Shown piece after piece: positions 11,646-24,295 of a stretch of DNA of 64,000 nucleotides. How positions within the stretch are numbered: position 1 is the first letter of the stretch; the number at the start of each line of letters is the position of its first letter. The position numbers and the translations under genes are program-made. The DNA lies in assembly GCA_048013815.1 (NCBI GenBank), contig CM106585.1, forward strand, positions 16,306,001-16,370,000. The letters run 5' to 3'. This DNA is from Setoptus koraiensis. Taxonomy: Eukaryota; Animalia; Arthropoda. Below the pieces are notes generated by a model. That model saw only the letters and a program-made list of their open reading frames with translations. It searched no databases and was not told where the DNA came from.

Positions 11646-12863
11646 GAACTGCCCTCGCTACAGCTCACCTAAGCTTACACAAGCGCTAAGATGCTGGCGT
11701 CGAGATGCGATGATCCCGTTATGATGAGCTCACTCGATAGCTCACCTTGATAAGGGTGTTGCGTTCGCTCTCTAAAGTAAATGTTGCATGTTGCGTAATA
11801 AGCAGTTGTTTGTTATATGTAGTTGCTGTGAGGCTTTGCAGTAACTGTTCAGTGTGTGTGTGCGTTCAGTGCTGATGCTGTTGCGCAACTGCAAGCCGAC
11901 TGGCACAAGTGCACAAAAAACAAACCAAGACCATGAGCTCGTTTGAGCTGCTGCAGTTGTAGCTGTTGCTGCTGTTGTTGCCGTTGTTGTTGAGTTGCCG
12001 TTGTTGAGTTGCTGTTGCCGCTGCGTTGGCTTTCCCTGGCTCACCTGGCCGACGTTTGTTTATTAAATACAAACAACTGCCTCTAGACACACCAGCACGA
12101 TGGCCACAAGATTTGCAAGATTGGCGATGATGAGTTTGCGACGACGATGAGAGTTGCTCCGCTGCCTTCGTTGCTGTTGCTGTTGTTGCTGCTGTTGTTG
12201 TTGTTGCCGTTGCTGCTGTCGCTGTTGTTTGCGCCGGCCGATCAACGGCCAGCTCCAGCAAGCTCCAGCGAGCTCCAGCGAGCTTCGGCCAGCTTCGGCC
12301 AGCTCCGAACGGCTGCGCATAGCTGCCGACGGCCCAAACCAACGATGCCTCCCACTTTTTTATCCCTCTCCTTATTTCACTATCACTAAACTAATGGCCG
12401 TGCGCTGCATACGCAACACTACACTGCAGCGACTATAGCGGCCAGCGGACCAATGGCCCGGCAAGCCGAACAACAATGACAGGCTCAATACGCTCACCCA
12501 GTGCAACAATATACCCGGCACCGCACTCACCCGGCGGCTTACACGGCCACACTCACCCGGCGGCTTGCGCGGCCACACTCGGGCCGGCGCCGGCCACTGG
12601 ACGCTGTCGGACGCCGACTGTCTTGCCGTGGCCAGCAGCGCGGCCGACGGTGTAACTCGGTTAGGTAAACGCATGCGGCGCGGCTCGCCGCGGCCATCGG
12701 ATTTGCGCTCGCCGACGGCCGCTCGCTGCTCGCCGACGCGGTCCGACCAGCCATTGCCGAGTCGCCCTGCTCGCCCGAACGCGCCAAATGGGCATTCTCC
12801 AATGCCCATTCGCCGCCGAATGTCGCCTCTGAACGGACCTTCGAACAGACGCTCGAGCGGACC

Positions 12864-12917
12864 TTCGAAGGGGCGTTCGAAGGGGCGTTCGAGGGGGCGT
12901 TCAAAGGGGCGTTCGAC
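12864..12917. repeat. 4 x 12-bp TTCGAAGGGGCG array
   Basis: Read directly from the sequence. Confidence 0.9.
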
Positions 12918-15189
12918 GGGACGGTTGCATGGACAGTGGTCGCCGTGTGCGGCCCAAACGCAGCCGTTTATCGGCCATGGGCACACAGGTGAGTCCGTGT
13001 CCGCGCTGGCGCGCATAGACGAAATGCCTCACGTAAGCCTGTGTGTGTTACGCAAGACTCTTGCGGCAAGAGTGTATGAGTTACGTAAGACTGCATGAGT
13101 TACGCAAGAGTGTACGTGAGTTACGTAAGGCCTTACACGATTGCATGCATTGTCGGTGCATTGTAAGTGAGCCGCCGATGAGTCTGAGCCGCCTGTGTTG
13201 CCACAAGGGCGGGTATCGGCACGGCAACGGGTACCGACTCAACGGCGCTGACTCAATCGCATTGAGCTCGGCATGTTATTGGCGCCAACACGCCGAGCGT
13301 TCGCGTCGAGCCATAAATGGGACGCCCCTTCGAAAGTCGCCCGTGAGCCCGCTGCGGCCACCACCGCATAAGTGTGTGTGTGTGTGTGTAAATATACAGG
13401 TAATAATAGCCAACGGTTACATAATACACACGCAAAGCCATGAGAGTCTCATGATGAGAGAGCCTGTTGAAAAGAAACAAGTTCTCTGGGTCAGTGGTGG
13501 CCGTCAGCTGTCTCCCCGTTCGCCAATTGTGTGTCTCGTGAGCTGGTTACAGTGGCCAGTTATGCAACGCGATTCGCAAATGCGCTGCCCGGCGCCATCT
13601 AGTCGGCGCAACAAGTGGCTCGGTGGCCCGGCGAGACAGTCCGGCGAACGGTCGTCGGCCAGCAGGCAATAAACGGTGTGTGTGTGTGTTCTGTCGATCG
13701 CAGATTGTTATTGCGCCCATTTGTCCGCTGCTGTGTCTCGGCCGCTGCTCGGCGGACGCGCCGGGCGCGATGCGGGTACGGCGGACACAGCGGACGCGGC
13801 CGGGCACAGCGAGTGAAGGGGGCGACCGCGCCGCTCAGAGATGCCGACAGCGTGCAAGTGGCCGCAAGCGGCCCGCCAGACGGCCCGACGGGCCGACGGG
13901 CAGAGAAAACAAACGACGATGCCCATCAATTGCATCATTAACTGGCGCGCTGCCGTCTGTGGATTATTGTTTCTGGCCTCGGACAAGCTCGCTCGCCGTC
14001 TCGCCGCTCCGCCGCCCCGTCCGCTGGCTGGCTGCAGCGGCTCGACCGACCGAGCTCGGGCGAGCGGCGACCCGGGCGAGCGGCCGGTGCGTCCCATTAG
14101 CATCGTTTGCGAGGCATCGCTTCGAAAACAAACAATGCCGTCGATATCGGCGCATCGATGCTGCCGTGGCCAGACACGGCCGGCACAAAGCGAATGGACG
14201 CCATAAATAATATCGCAGACGATTCAATATTGTTTGCCGGCCGAAAGTGTGCCACCGCAATCGGCTGCTGTCCGCTTGCACCGGCCGCAGTGCATCGATT
14301 TGCGCCGCGCGCCACACAGCGGACAGGTGACGAAGCAGCGGTCTTGCTGACAGGCGACGCCGTTGCCACTTTGCGTCGGCATGCACACTTTGGCCCATTG
14401 CGCCTATTAGGCCCGTTATGGCAAACTGTCCTAATAAGTGATTGTGATAAAATTATCACAACAATGACTCTATTGAAATTTCCAATGGAATATTTTCAAT
14501 TTGAGAATATTATGAATTGCACACTGCAAAACGACACTGATGCGCAAACGAGACGCCTCGCCATTGTTGTCGGCGCGCCCCGGTGACCCGCCGGCCGGCG
14601 CGCCCCGTCGACCCGCCTGCCGACTCGCCCTACGAGCTGCAAACTCGGCCGAGCCGGAGGCCCCAGTTGGGGCGCAAAGTTTGCACTTGCGCATTCGGTC
14701 GCGCGCCCGGCGATAGCGAGCGGCCCGAATGCGCGTCTCGCTGGGATACGGCGAGCGGCCCGAGCCGGCAAGCTGGTCGCTTGTTGCATTGCGCAACATT
14801 TGTGTATTATCGCCGGCCGGATAATTAGTCCGATTCTAGGTCGCTAAGTGCTTCTCCTTTTTCCATTATCGCTGCCTCCATTATCACTGCCTCCGCTACG
14901 GCCGCCTCCATTGCGGCCGCTGGCCGCTCGTTGCGCCGGCCGGCCAGGCGCTCCGGCTTGCTCGTCCGGCAGCTCGCGAGCCGGCGGCTCGGCGGATAAA
15001 CGGCGATGCAGCGCTGACAATGATGATATCATGTTAACACTAATTCCCGACGCAAGCTTACAATGGCGCTGCTGGCGGCGGCGATGAAATTGTTGCCGAA
15101 ATAACAGATTTTATTATGCCTTTTTTATTGTGCTCCCGCTTGTCGGCGCGACTTGGCCGGGCGAGCGAGCGTCGGAAAAAGTCGGCAGA

Positions 15190-15270
15190 AGCCGGCGGAG
15201 CCGACGAAGCCGAAGAAGCCGACGGAGCCGAAGAAGCCGAAGAAGCCGACGGAGCCGAAGAAGCCAGAAA
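15190..15270. repeat. 9 x 9-bp AGCCGA(A/C)G(A/G) array with 27-bp higher-order period
   Basis: Read directly from the sequence. Confidence 0.9.
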
Positions 15271-15592
15271 AAGTTGCGCTCGCAGTGTGGCCGGTTTGTG
15301 TGCCCTTTTTGCCCGCTTGCACCATCTCTCTTTTTCAATTATCATTCAATTAATGCTCGCTGGCGTGTCTCGCTGCGAGCGCCTGCGCAACCCCAAATAA
15401 TCTGCCGTCCCGCCCCACTCGGGCCTGCGCCGTCCCGCCTCTGGCCTCGAGCCGGGCCGGCCCGACGAAACGAGCGGAGCGGCGCGAATTGTTTATCGCG
15501 CACCCGTCGGCATGATTGGGCCGATTGAATAATCATTCTCGCGAATCGGCGCTCGTCGGGCGCATCTTTTGCTGCGGACCGGATCGCCGATA

Positions 15593-15669
15593 GGCCGTCA
15601 ACTATCGAGCGGCCGTCAACTGTGGAGCGGCCGTCAACTGCGGAGCGGCCGTCCACTGCGGAGCGGCCG
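15593..15669. repeat. 4 x 18-bp GGCCGTCAACTGCGGAGC-type array
   Basis: Units at 15593, 15611, 15629 and 15647. Confidence 0.9.
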
Positions 15670-17680
15670 GGCCGGCAAACGGCGAGCGCGAATTATGTGA
15701 GCGCTTTTTAGAGTCGGGCTGGCGATGCATGACGCATGCGAAATGCCGGCCGGCACGATAACATTAGTGGCGACAATCAATTTGAATTTTAATCACAATT
15801 TGAGCCCCATTAGAGGCTGGCGAGCTTGTCGAGATTGACTGTTGGCGGGCTCGTCTCACGCTGCCAGTTAATGTGCTGACAAATGAATGTCGGCCCACAG
15901 ACGCTATTAATACGGCGCGCTATTAATAAATAGATCTCAACCGGACACACTCGTCTCGTTGTGTGTGTATAATCTAAACGAAACGAAAGCCATCGAACGT
16001 CACATTACGTAAGTCAAGGCGAGCTTGTGTTTACAGTGCCGCCGCCGTCTGTCTAGCGCGACCTTACGTAATGGCAAATATTAACTAAGCAACTTAAGTA
16101 ATCCAGTATCTAGTCCACTAACTGCACAATGTCATGAACAGGTGATGAGCTTGCCAAATGCGCGCTTGTGATGCTACCTGTTGATGTCGCGCCGAGCTGA
16201 CCGGTCTGGCTGCTGGCTGCTGTCTGCTGGCTGGATCATGCCACTGCAAACAGTGATCAAGCCGAGGCTATAAATGCACTTCCTAGATGGACAAGAATAA
16301 ATTGTGTTTGTGTGACACTTGTTGCCGTCGCTTGTTTGTGTGCACTTCCTCCTTATGCTAATGCAACAAACAGTTATGTAACTCCCAACATAACTGATAA
16401 ATAACAGATAAATGCTGTTATCTACGGGATAACTGGCGAGCCACAGCGGCTAACGGAACAAATGTAGACAGAACAAAGATGTATCTATTAATGGCAATGG
16501 CAGCTTTATTTATTAATGGCGTACATCTATTATCTGCTTGGGCGACGCTCGGGCCGGCGGGAAAGTACACGGCACATGTTGACAGATGATGAATTCCCCT
16601 CGTTAAATGAATTAATGCACACAAGGACGCTGCTCGGAAAACATAACGGGCGCATCGCGTAAATCACCCCGGCCACCAATGGACACACCAGACAAACGCA
16701 ACAAACATTTTGCAATGGAAACATAAGTTGCATAAGACCAAAATAAATGGCCAACGATTAATTAGATTCGAGCGCCAGTTCAAGCGGCTTGAGTTGGCCA
16801 ACCGCAGGCCAGCACTTGTTGCAACAGGTGAAATGTTGAACGAAAAATGTCAAATGTTGTTAAATGCTGAATGTTAAATGCTGAATGCGCCGGCAACCCT
16901 GTCATGTGTGCCTTACATTGTCATGTCCACTGCGCTGCCGCTGCCAAGATTACAGGTTATGTAACAGCCAACAGGATGCCGATAAATCTAAATGGAGTCA
17001 GAGACAAAAGTATCGCTTGCCAGATATCGCGGCTCTGCGAGCAGATGTGAGCAGACTGCTTGTTATTACATAAATTATCCGGTCGCTCACTCGCCATGCT
17101 CCAGTCTGATATCTCGAGTCGCAGCATCTCGAGTCGCAGCATCTGCCGGGATTGGATCACAGTCCATGGGCAGCTCGGCGACACTTTGCGCAAAGTTCGC
17201 CCGTGTATCAATTGCGGCGACAATCGCGGAGCAGACCAGTTGAAACAAGTGCCAGTCTCGTCGCAAAATGATTAATCAAAACAAGATCTTGCGCCGGAGA
17301 TTGGGCACAATATGACAAGCTCGGGCCAGCTTGCGCCCGCTGCGACAAATGCCGCGGCGGCAGTCGCAGCCATAAATCGCCCGATTATATCATGTTATTT
17401 CTGTCCGCATTGGCGATAGCAATGACAATAATAATCTCGCCCAAGTTTCCACATCGACTGATTTAATCCTGCAAATGATGGCACACAAATTCATCAGGCG
17501 CCTCGATTCATGCGATCTCCGGCGTTGTGTCACAAAAATCATCGAAACCAATCCCCTCTGCAGGCGCCCTATTCCGAATAGGCTATTCGGCCCGATTATA
17601 CCGACGGTTCGGGCCGTCGGGACCGGCCAACTGGCCAGCAACTGGTGCCCGTTTGGCGGATAACGGCGACCGGGCCCAAA

Positions 17681-17745
17681 AAGCGCCCCAGAAGCGGCCC
17701 AGAAGCGCCCCAGAAGCGGCCCAAAAGCGGCCCAAAAGCGCCAAA
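17681..17745. repeat. 6 x 11-bp AAGCG(C/G)CCCA(G/A) array just beyond the NRF-6 stop
   Basis: Read directly from the sequence. Confidence 0.9.
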
Positions 17746-17796
17746 CGACAAGCAACAAACAATTATTGGGGAGCGGCTTACAGGGTGAATTTATCT

Positions 17797-20686
17797 TTAT
17801 TGCTTCTTAGTTTTCAGTGATTTCATCACGCGTCGGTGCAAATTCAAACATGGCGACTCATAGAAAATATACAAAAAGGAGCCAAACAACAGTGACACAA
17901 ATACGTTACCTATTATCACATATATCATGAGTGTTTGCGATGGCTCTATCAGTATTTGTTGATTGCCAAAAAATAAAAACAATACCAGCATGTGCGACAA
18001 ATAAACAATGTACGACGCCTTGCCTAAAACAATAAATATACTATTGGAGAAAAAATTGTTTAGCCAGCCACCGTAGCCCAAATGACAGGCGCAAATGATC
18101 CAGGCAAAACACGATGACCAAACAATGGCACTTAGCGAAAAATAGGCACTAGAAACTAGGCGAGTGTACCCAATTGAATCAATTACCCAGGGATAAGTAC
18201 AGTAGCTAACTGAGGCCAGGCCGGACACCGTTATGGACCAGCCCAATTTAACGTGCCTAGGCGACATGCTTTTGATTTGTCCGCTGGCCAGCTTGTAGCC
18301 GAGCCAAAAGCCCAATATAAACGGATACGAGTGACAATATGGGGTCCAAAAGAAATTGACAATCATATCTGTCCACATTTCGCCCACTTGTGGTATGGTG
18401 GCCATTAAATTGGGAGGAAAATTCATGGTGTAATGGCGATAAAATGCAAAACTAGTATAACAGGCCACTATAAATATTGAGGCCGCTAAAGCTGCACGCC
18501 TATTCACCAGTATCAGTATAAATATAAATAAGCCGGTCAATTGAAACAGCATATCCACCGAGATCCACCACGACACAAAATTGCACATCTCTCCTGGTTT
18601 GTAAAATATTTGCGCGTGCAACAAATTCACCCACCAATGCTTCTGACAATTGACGGACGTTTCGGCTGACATGGCGTCCCAAAACGGACCGCTAGATATG
18701 AGCGGAAACACTATGTACAGCAATGACGTTATGAATACTTGCGGTGTCAATCGCAAATATCTGCTAAGCATGTAATTGGCCTTGTTGAAATTGTTCCAAT
18801 TTCCTTTGCAGCCGTACCAGGCCGAATAAGCGGCAACCATGCCGCTCATGAGATAAAATATATCCACTACGTAGGTGGCGTTAAATAATGGCTGTATAGC
18901 TATCGATTTGATGGACGTCTCAATTTCGTAGGCTCGCGCAAATTCGGACCAATCATTGAATTGCATTGTGTGGGCCAGCACCACCCAAATCATTGTGCAA
19001 CTGCGAAGTCCATACAAACACAATATGTCGTTGGGATTCTTTGTTGCATCGAAATAATTCTCCCAATTGCGAGTGATGGAAAAATCCTTGGAAAGTTCTG
19101 CCAGAGACCAATTGTTAGTCGTGGCCACTATAGGCTTTGCACTCTGTTGGGTGCTGTTGGCAACCCGGCGATCCCGACAAATCCCCACAGTGGTCGCCTG
19201 ATTGCCGCACATGTCCACACTGTGCGATATTGTTGCCTTAAATTGCTGCTGCTCACCTGTTGCAAGACCGTTATTTGTTGAGCACTCGCTCAAATGATTG
19301 TTGTTGACCTCGTGCTCGTCGATGGTTATTTGTTGTTCCCCAAAGTCACACTTAATGTCGCCGCCGCCGTCTGTGTCCGCCGCCGACGTTGCTGTGGCCG
19401 TCGGACACAAACTGAAATTGGGTCCGCTGGCGGGTTTGCCACCGCTCCTGTGAAAGACACTATCGTATATGGTCAGCAAAATGGTCATTAGGGTGAATAG
19501 GCCCAGAGCTAGCAGGGCCGCGATTTGCGTTTTATTTATTGAGCTGCCCATGAATTTTGTGTTGGTGGCCAGTTCGTTGTTGTCGGCTGCGTCGGGCCCC
19601 TTGTGCTTCCTGTGACACTTTATCGGGCCCGACATGAGTATGGATCGCACGCCTATGTATTTGGCCACTGACTTTATGTCTTTCGGTGAGCACTTTCTCG
19701 GCAAACAAGTGCCTATTTTGTAATAAAGATAATGATGATATTGTGCCTTGTCTAGCAACCTAGAAAACATATCCTCCACTGTACGATTGACCGGATGATC
19801 GTGTATCGTGCGGGTTGCGTTGTGCGAGTCGGCATCAAACAATTCCACCAATTCTTTTGATTCGCGCCTCACCACCAGCTCGTAGCGTTCTCTGCTGGGC
19901 ACCACGGGCCTGTAGCTAACCGTACAATAATGGGCATGCCCTATGTAGGGATTGTTAGGAACCTCCATGCAGCTACGGAAGGAGCCAATGTCTGACAGGG
20001 TTCCCTCGAACAGGCCGGTTGGCGGGAAGGAGCCCCAAGAATTGAAAACTGCAATCGATGGATACAAGCAATCGAGACAAGTTGTGTTAGAATGCTTTCT
20101 AATGGCAAATTCGGCTCAACACTAATCCATTAACGATTGCAGTGACACTATAATACGGAATCAAATAAATAATGACCAGATAAATATACTCACGTTGTAT
20201 GGCCCACAATTCGAGGCGCACGGCCCCGTCCAGAGTGGCCTGTACGGCCTGTTGGCATTCTAGACTCACATTGGTCTTATTTAATAAACGTTGAATAATT
20301 GGCCTAAAATAGTTCACTTTGCTAGCTACCACTTTGCTAGTGTGTTGCCTGAGCAGTTGCCAAGCCCTTTGAGATTCTTTGAGTGTGATGTCGGCAAAAT
20401 CGTGAAAATCCGCCGAACCCCTGAGATCTGGTCCATCCCTGTCTAGAATGTTCATCAATTTTACGTCTGTCTCATCTTTTGTGTCCAATTTCTCAACGAA
20501 GTCACTCAATAAATAATTGAAGCCCCCAAACGAGCCTAGCTCTTGATGCTGATTATCTGGGTCATTATCTGCTAGCGTCTGTAGTGAGCTTGTTGCAATC
20601 AATATCAACAGCCATAACAGCACCAGGCTAGCATGATAGTATGAATAGTATGAGGAAACTAACGATTTTGTTGTTAAATGTTGCAT
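17797..20686 (-). CDS. Nose-resistant-to-fluoxetine 6 (NRF-6)-like / acyltransferase-3 membrane protein; exons 20194-20686 and 17797-20048 (~914 aa)
   Basis: Signal peptide; NRF domain (ECQQAV...WAIQLFNSWGSFPPTGLFEGT...C...HYC); acyltransferase-3 motifs (GLRSCTMIWVVLAH, VDIFYLMSG, RYLRLTP, WWISVDMLFQ, LGKASYIVYLSH). Phase-1 intron 20049-20193 (C|GTGAGT ... TTGCAG|TT) joins the two ORFs in frame. Confidence 0.9.
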
Positions 20687-21233
20687 TTCGAGCGCTGAAC
20701 GACGTTAGCTTGGCCGGCGATGGGTAATTAGTTTTAGTTAGTTAGTTAAATAGTTTGTGGTGGTGGTCGTCATTACATTTGACTGTAATGCACATTTAAT
20801 TTAATTGTTTGTTGCGACAACGACAACACACTATTATGCCGCAACAACTATGTAGTGATAAATCTTGTGGACACAACACAATGTAATACAAACAGCGAAA
20901 AAACAGTCATAGTATCACTATAAATAACGCTCGTCAAACATAATTGGTGATCTTGAGCGAGCTCTATTGAATTGGTGGTGTGAATTGGTGTACTATCGAG
21001 CCCGATCTCTCTCTCTGTAGGCTCGGCAATAAATAATCCGTACGGCAAGGTGTAATTGAGTAGGGGGGCATTTGCTTGAAATGAGAACAGTGATTTGTGC
21101 AGAAACCAACTAAACGCCGACTCTCGCAGTCAGTATCGAGATCAAATGTCAGCCAGTTGGAATATTCAATATTCAGGTTAGCAAGTTGATGAACGGATGA
21201 AAAAATCCTTTTTATCCGGTGTGCCAGTGTGTT

Positions 21234-21235
<2 letters not shown>

Positions 21236-21314
<79 letters not shown>
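21236..21314. repeat. Perfect (TG)39 microsatellite
   Basis: Uninterrupted TG run. Confidence 0.97.
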
Positions 21315-21316
<2 letters not shown>

Positions 21317-22417
21317 CGGCAGTTTCTAATAAGAGTGAACGAAAAGAAAAGTGAGTCTGCCCAGTTTGGATATCCGAGCTAACTGCATTATAGTTGCCAC
21401 TACTCAAAGGATATGTATACACACTCGAGACTAGCTGAACCTACCTGGTTAGCTAACTGTATTTGTCTGTGTGTATAAGTGAAGGAGTCTCTCTAGCTGA
21501 CTTCAATCGCATATCATGTCATCGTGCTTTTGAAGATGGCCGAGAGCTCGGGCTTACAGTAAGTTGTGGATGGCCACTTGGGCACCACAACGGCAGCGGC
21601 GAGAACCAACAACGGCAACAGCAACAACAACAACAACAACACGACCGGACCACTTCTTCTTCTTCTCTCAACCCTTGTACAATTGTACAATATAATCATC
21701 TTATAGTCATCTTGATCATCATGGTCTGGCGTGCACCAACGTAATGGTCACCAGTAACAACATTATCAGCAAACAGACACATTCTCATTTTCTAAGGGGG
21801 CTTAGTTTGCGCGATTGGGCCAACGGAAGAAACGGACAGGTGAATAATAATTAATACTTCCAGGAGGCGGCGCCTTCAAGTCTGCTGGCCGGGCCGAACC
21901 GAACCGGGCAGCTCTCTTTGGCAAAACCAGCCGCATTATTAGTGTGCCCGTTAGTTCATCGCGCGATGATCAACTTTTAGACAAAACAACCACTTGCAAT
22001 AATATAACTGCTTTTTTCGCTAAGAAAAACAACAACAACAACAAAAGTGGTTCTTTTATAGAATTGGCCGAGCTAGACAAACTACCTGTGGTGTATATAG
22101 TAATGTTGATAATAGAACGCACTCTCTATTTAGATGATCGCCACCTGAACTGAGCTTTCGATTAACAATTTACAGCGGCATTTGTGTACCAATGAACCTG
22201 TATTCGACTTGTTGCCATTATCAACTAGCCAGCGTGTTCTCTTTCCTTCATAGATGCTGTTATTCTCTTTTCATCTATTTATCTAATTCGTGTGTCAATA
22301 TAATACAGTACAGTTAGTTGCATTTTATTTAAATTTTTTGAATCTTTTCTTAGATTCACAAGAATCTTCGTTGACTAGTCTAGACAAGATCGTCTGAGTA
22401 TCTCAGTTTCAGAGATT

Positions 22418-23935
22418 CTAAGTCCACGGGTAAAAGTTGCAGTGTAGTATGGTGCCCAGTATAAAGTACGTAATAAAGTAAATCTTTATCAGCTTGGAAA
22501 TCCTTGGTGACTTCCTTTCAATATCAACACAAATCCAGTAGATGACAGGACAAGAGGATGCCAGTAGTCTCGTAGTTACTTGGACATTAATTACAAAGCT
22601 ACAAAAAATCAGTAATAGAACGACCTGTGCATAATAGATGAAAAGTGTGTTATTGGCCTTCCTGTTGGCTGCCTTCACCTTGTTTCTTTTATCAATACTG
22701 GTTATCTTGGTAAGCTCTTTTTGATATCTCCTCACACTCTCGGTGTACCTGTTTGTGCCATATAGAACTAAAATGGCGATTGGACTGGCCAATATAAAGT
22801 TGGGCAGCTGCTTTATCTGGTAGTACTTAAATAGTCCCACATCCCAATACTTGGATTGAACATAATTGTATGATAGAGGTACCCGATTTGAGCACCAGGC
22901 AGGCCTCGCTACTTCCTGGCTACCAATGCAAAACTTCTGATATGATCTAAGTTGGTAGGCTATAAATCCCAGCGCTCCGAGTATAAAATATAACAAAAAC
23001 AATATAGAAGCCAATAGAAATCCCAGAGAGGTTTGTATATAGTCTAAATAGATCCAATTTGTTCTGTCAGCACAAACATAGGGCATGATAAAGTGATATG
23101 AAATGAACATGAGATTCACTAGTCCGTTGGATCTAGTAGCGGTGGTCAAACTAATGAGAGGTATGGCGGGCCAACAAATATCTGCAAGTCTAGAAGATGA
23201 TGAAGTTAAATCTGTTAGATTCTTATTATCTTGATTCTTCCTGAGATTGTTCTTGTGCTCTATGAAATAAATGGCAGAGAATGTGAGCATAGCAAATAAT
23301 GATTCGGTGTAGCAGGCAGAAAAGAACACAGACGCTGGATTGTAGCAAAACCATTTGACAGCACTGTAAGCGAACTGCCTGTCGTTTTTCACAACCATGG
23401 TCAATTTAAATAGGGCCACTGTGGCTAGCGGAAAAATTACCAAATTGTTTACAATCACTCCAATGGTGCCTGACAGTAGGTAGACATACAGAGAGTCTAG
23501 TTCTTGTTGCATGATGTCGTTGGATTTATACGGCGACTCAACAATCATGCATCCTCTTACGGCAGTTATAATGAATGGATAAAGCGGAAAGAATGCAAGC
23601 AGTTGCTCGCGGGTGTAGCCAAACATTGATATATTGATCATGTATTGACCGTCCCATTTTGTTAGTCCAGAAGTTAGCCAATAGCTCAATTTGGCGTAGT
23701 TGTTATTGGCAAGCTGCTCTCTAAAATAATCCAAACTGCCATTGGTGGATATTGAGTTATCACCAATTGGAGAGAAGACATCTTGCAATCGCTTATATTG
23801 AGGCGATTTGAATGCATCGGCGTCGTGGTCCTCAAGCACAAAATTACATATTAGCTGAATGACGAACAAAATAAACCTAGAAATTATGCTGAAGGTAAAT
23901 AAACGCTTCCATAGTTTAATATCGATTAGTGCCAT
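22418..23935 (-). CDS. PIGV: GPI mannosyltransferase 2 (PIG-V), intronless
   Basis: 505-aa multi-TM ORF with KWDGQY, AFFPLYP, YTESLFA, RSNG, YVQSKYWDVG and C-terminal HCNFYPWT motifs. Confidence 0.95.
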   Translation of the reverse strand: MALIDIKLWKRLFTFSIISRFILFVIQLICNFVLEDHDADAFKSPQYKRLQDVFSPIGDNSISTNGSLDYFREQLANNNYAKLSYWLTSGLTKWDGQYMINISMFGYTREQLLAFFPLYPFIITAVRGCMIVESPYKSNDIMQQELDSLYVYLLSGTIGVIVNNLVIFPLATVALFKLTMVVKNDRQFAYSAVKWFCYNPASVFFSACYTESLFAMLTFSAIYFIEHKNNLRKNQDNKNLTDLTSSSSRLADICWPAIPLISLTTATRSNGLVNLMFISYHFIMPYVCADRTNWIYLDYIQTSLGFLLASILFLLYFILGALGFIAYQLRSYQKFCIGSQEVARPAWCSNRVPLSYNYVQSKYWDVGLFKYYQIKQLPNFILASPIAILVLYGTNRYTESVRRYQKELTKITSIDKRNKVKAANRKANNTLFIYYAQVVLLLIFCSFVINVQVTTRLLASSCPVIYWICVDIERKSPRISKLIKIYFITYFILGTILHCNFYPWT

Positions 23936-24295
23936 GTATCTATCCTGAGTATTGTTGCTGTGACGATCTCGATGTAGTGCATCACAATTAAAACATCTGA
24001 TCCTTTTTCTCTATTGGTATAAATCACAAATGTGTTAAATCTGCTAATTATTTGAGCTAAGAACGATGTTGTTAAAAATTGCCCATGGTAGACGATTTTC
24101 ACATTGCTTGAACATATAAATTTACGATTATTTTTTTTATCAAACCAAACAACTGACCACGTGATTGCGTGGTAAAAGTGCGCATGACCAGTCAATGGCC
24201 AGCCAAGTCCGTGTCCCGAGTTGATATTCGAGAGGGCGATGTAATATGTAAAAGCATCCTTTTATCTCACCAGACAAAGAATCTCAAGTGGGAAA

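Noticed and set aside
440-16377. Shavenbaby/Ovo-type sites (ACHGTTAK at 440, 4757, 10419, 16370; ACCGTTA at 2468, 5034, 10413, 11054)
   Set aside because: Biologically attractive because dyl is a Svb target in Drosophila, but the counts are close to chance expectation (about 3 and 2).
60-17820. Numerous Arg/Ala/Cys-rich six-frame ORFs in the GC-rich region, including 7722-9335 (+)
   Set aside because: They are by-products of high GC and tandem repeats, or the antisense shadow of dyl. None has a recognisable domain or coherent splice structure.
21463-21744. 93-aa plus-strand ORF with a Gln run
   Set aside because: Driven by a CAA microsatellite; no domain or splice support.
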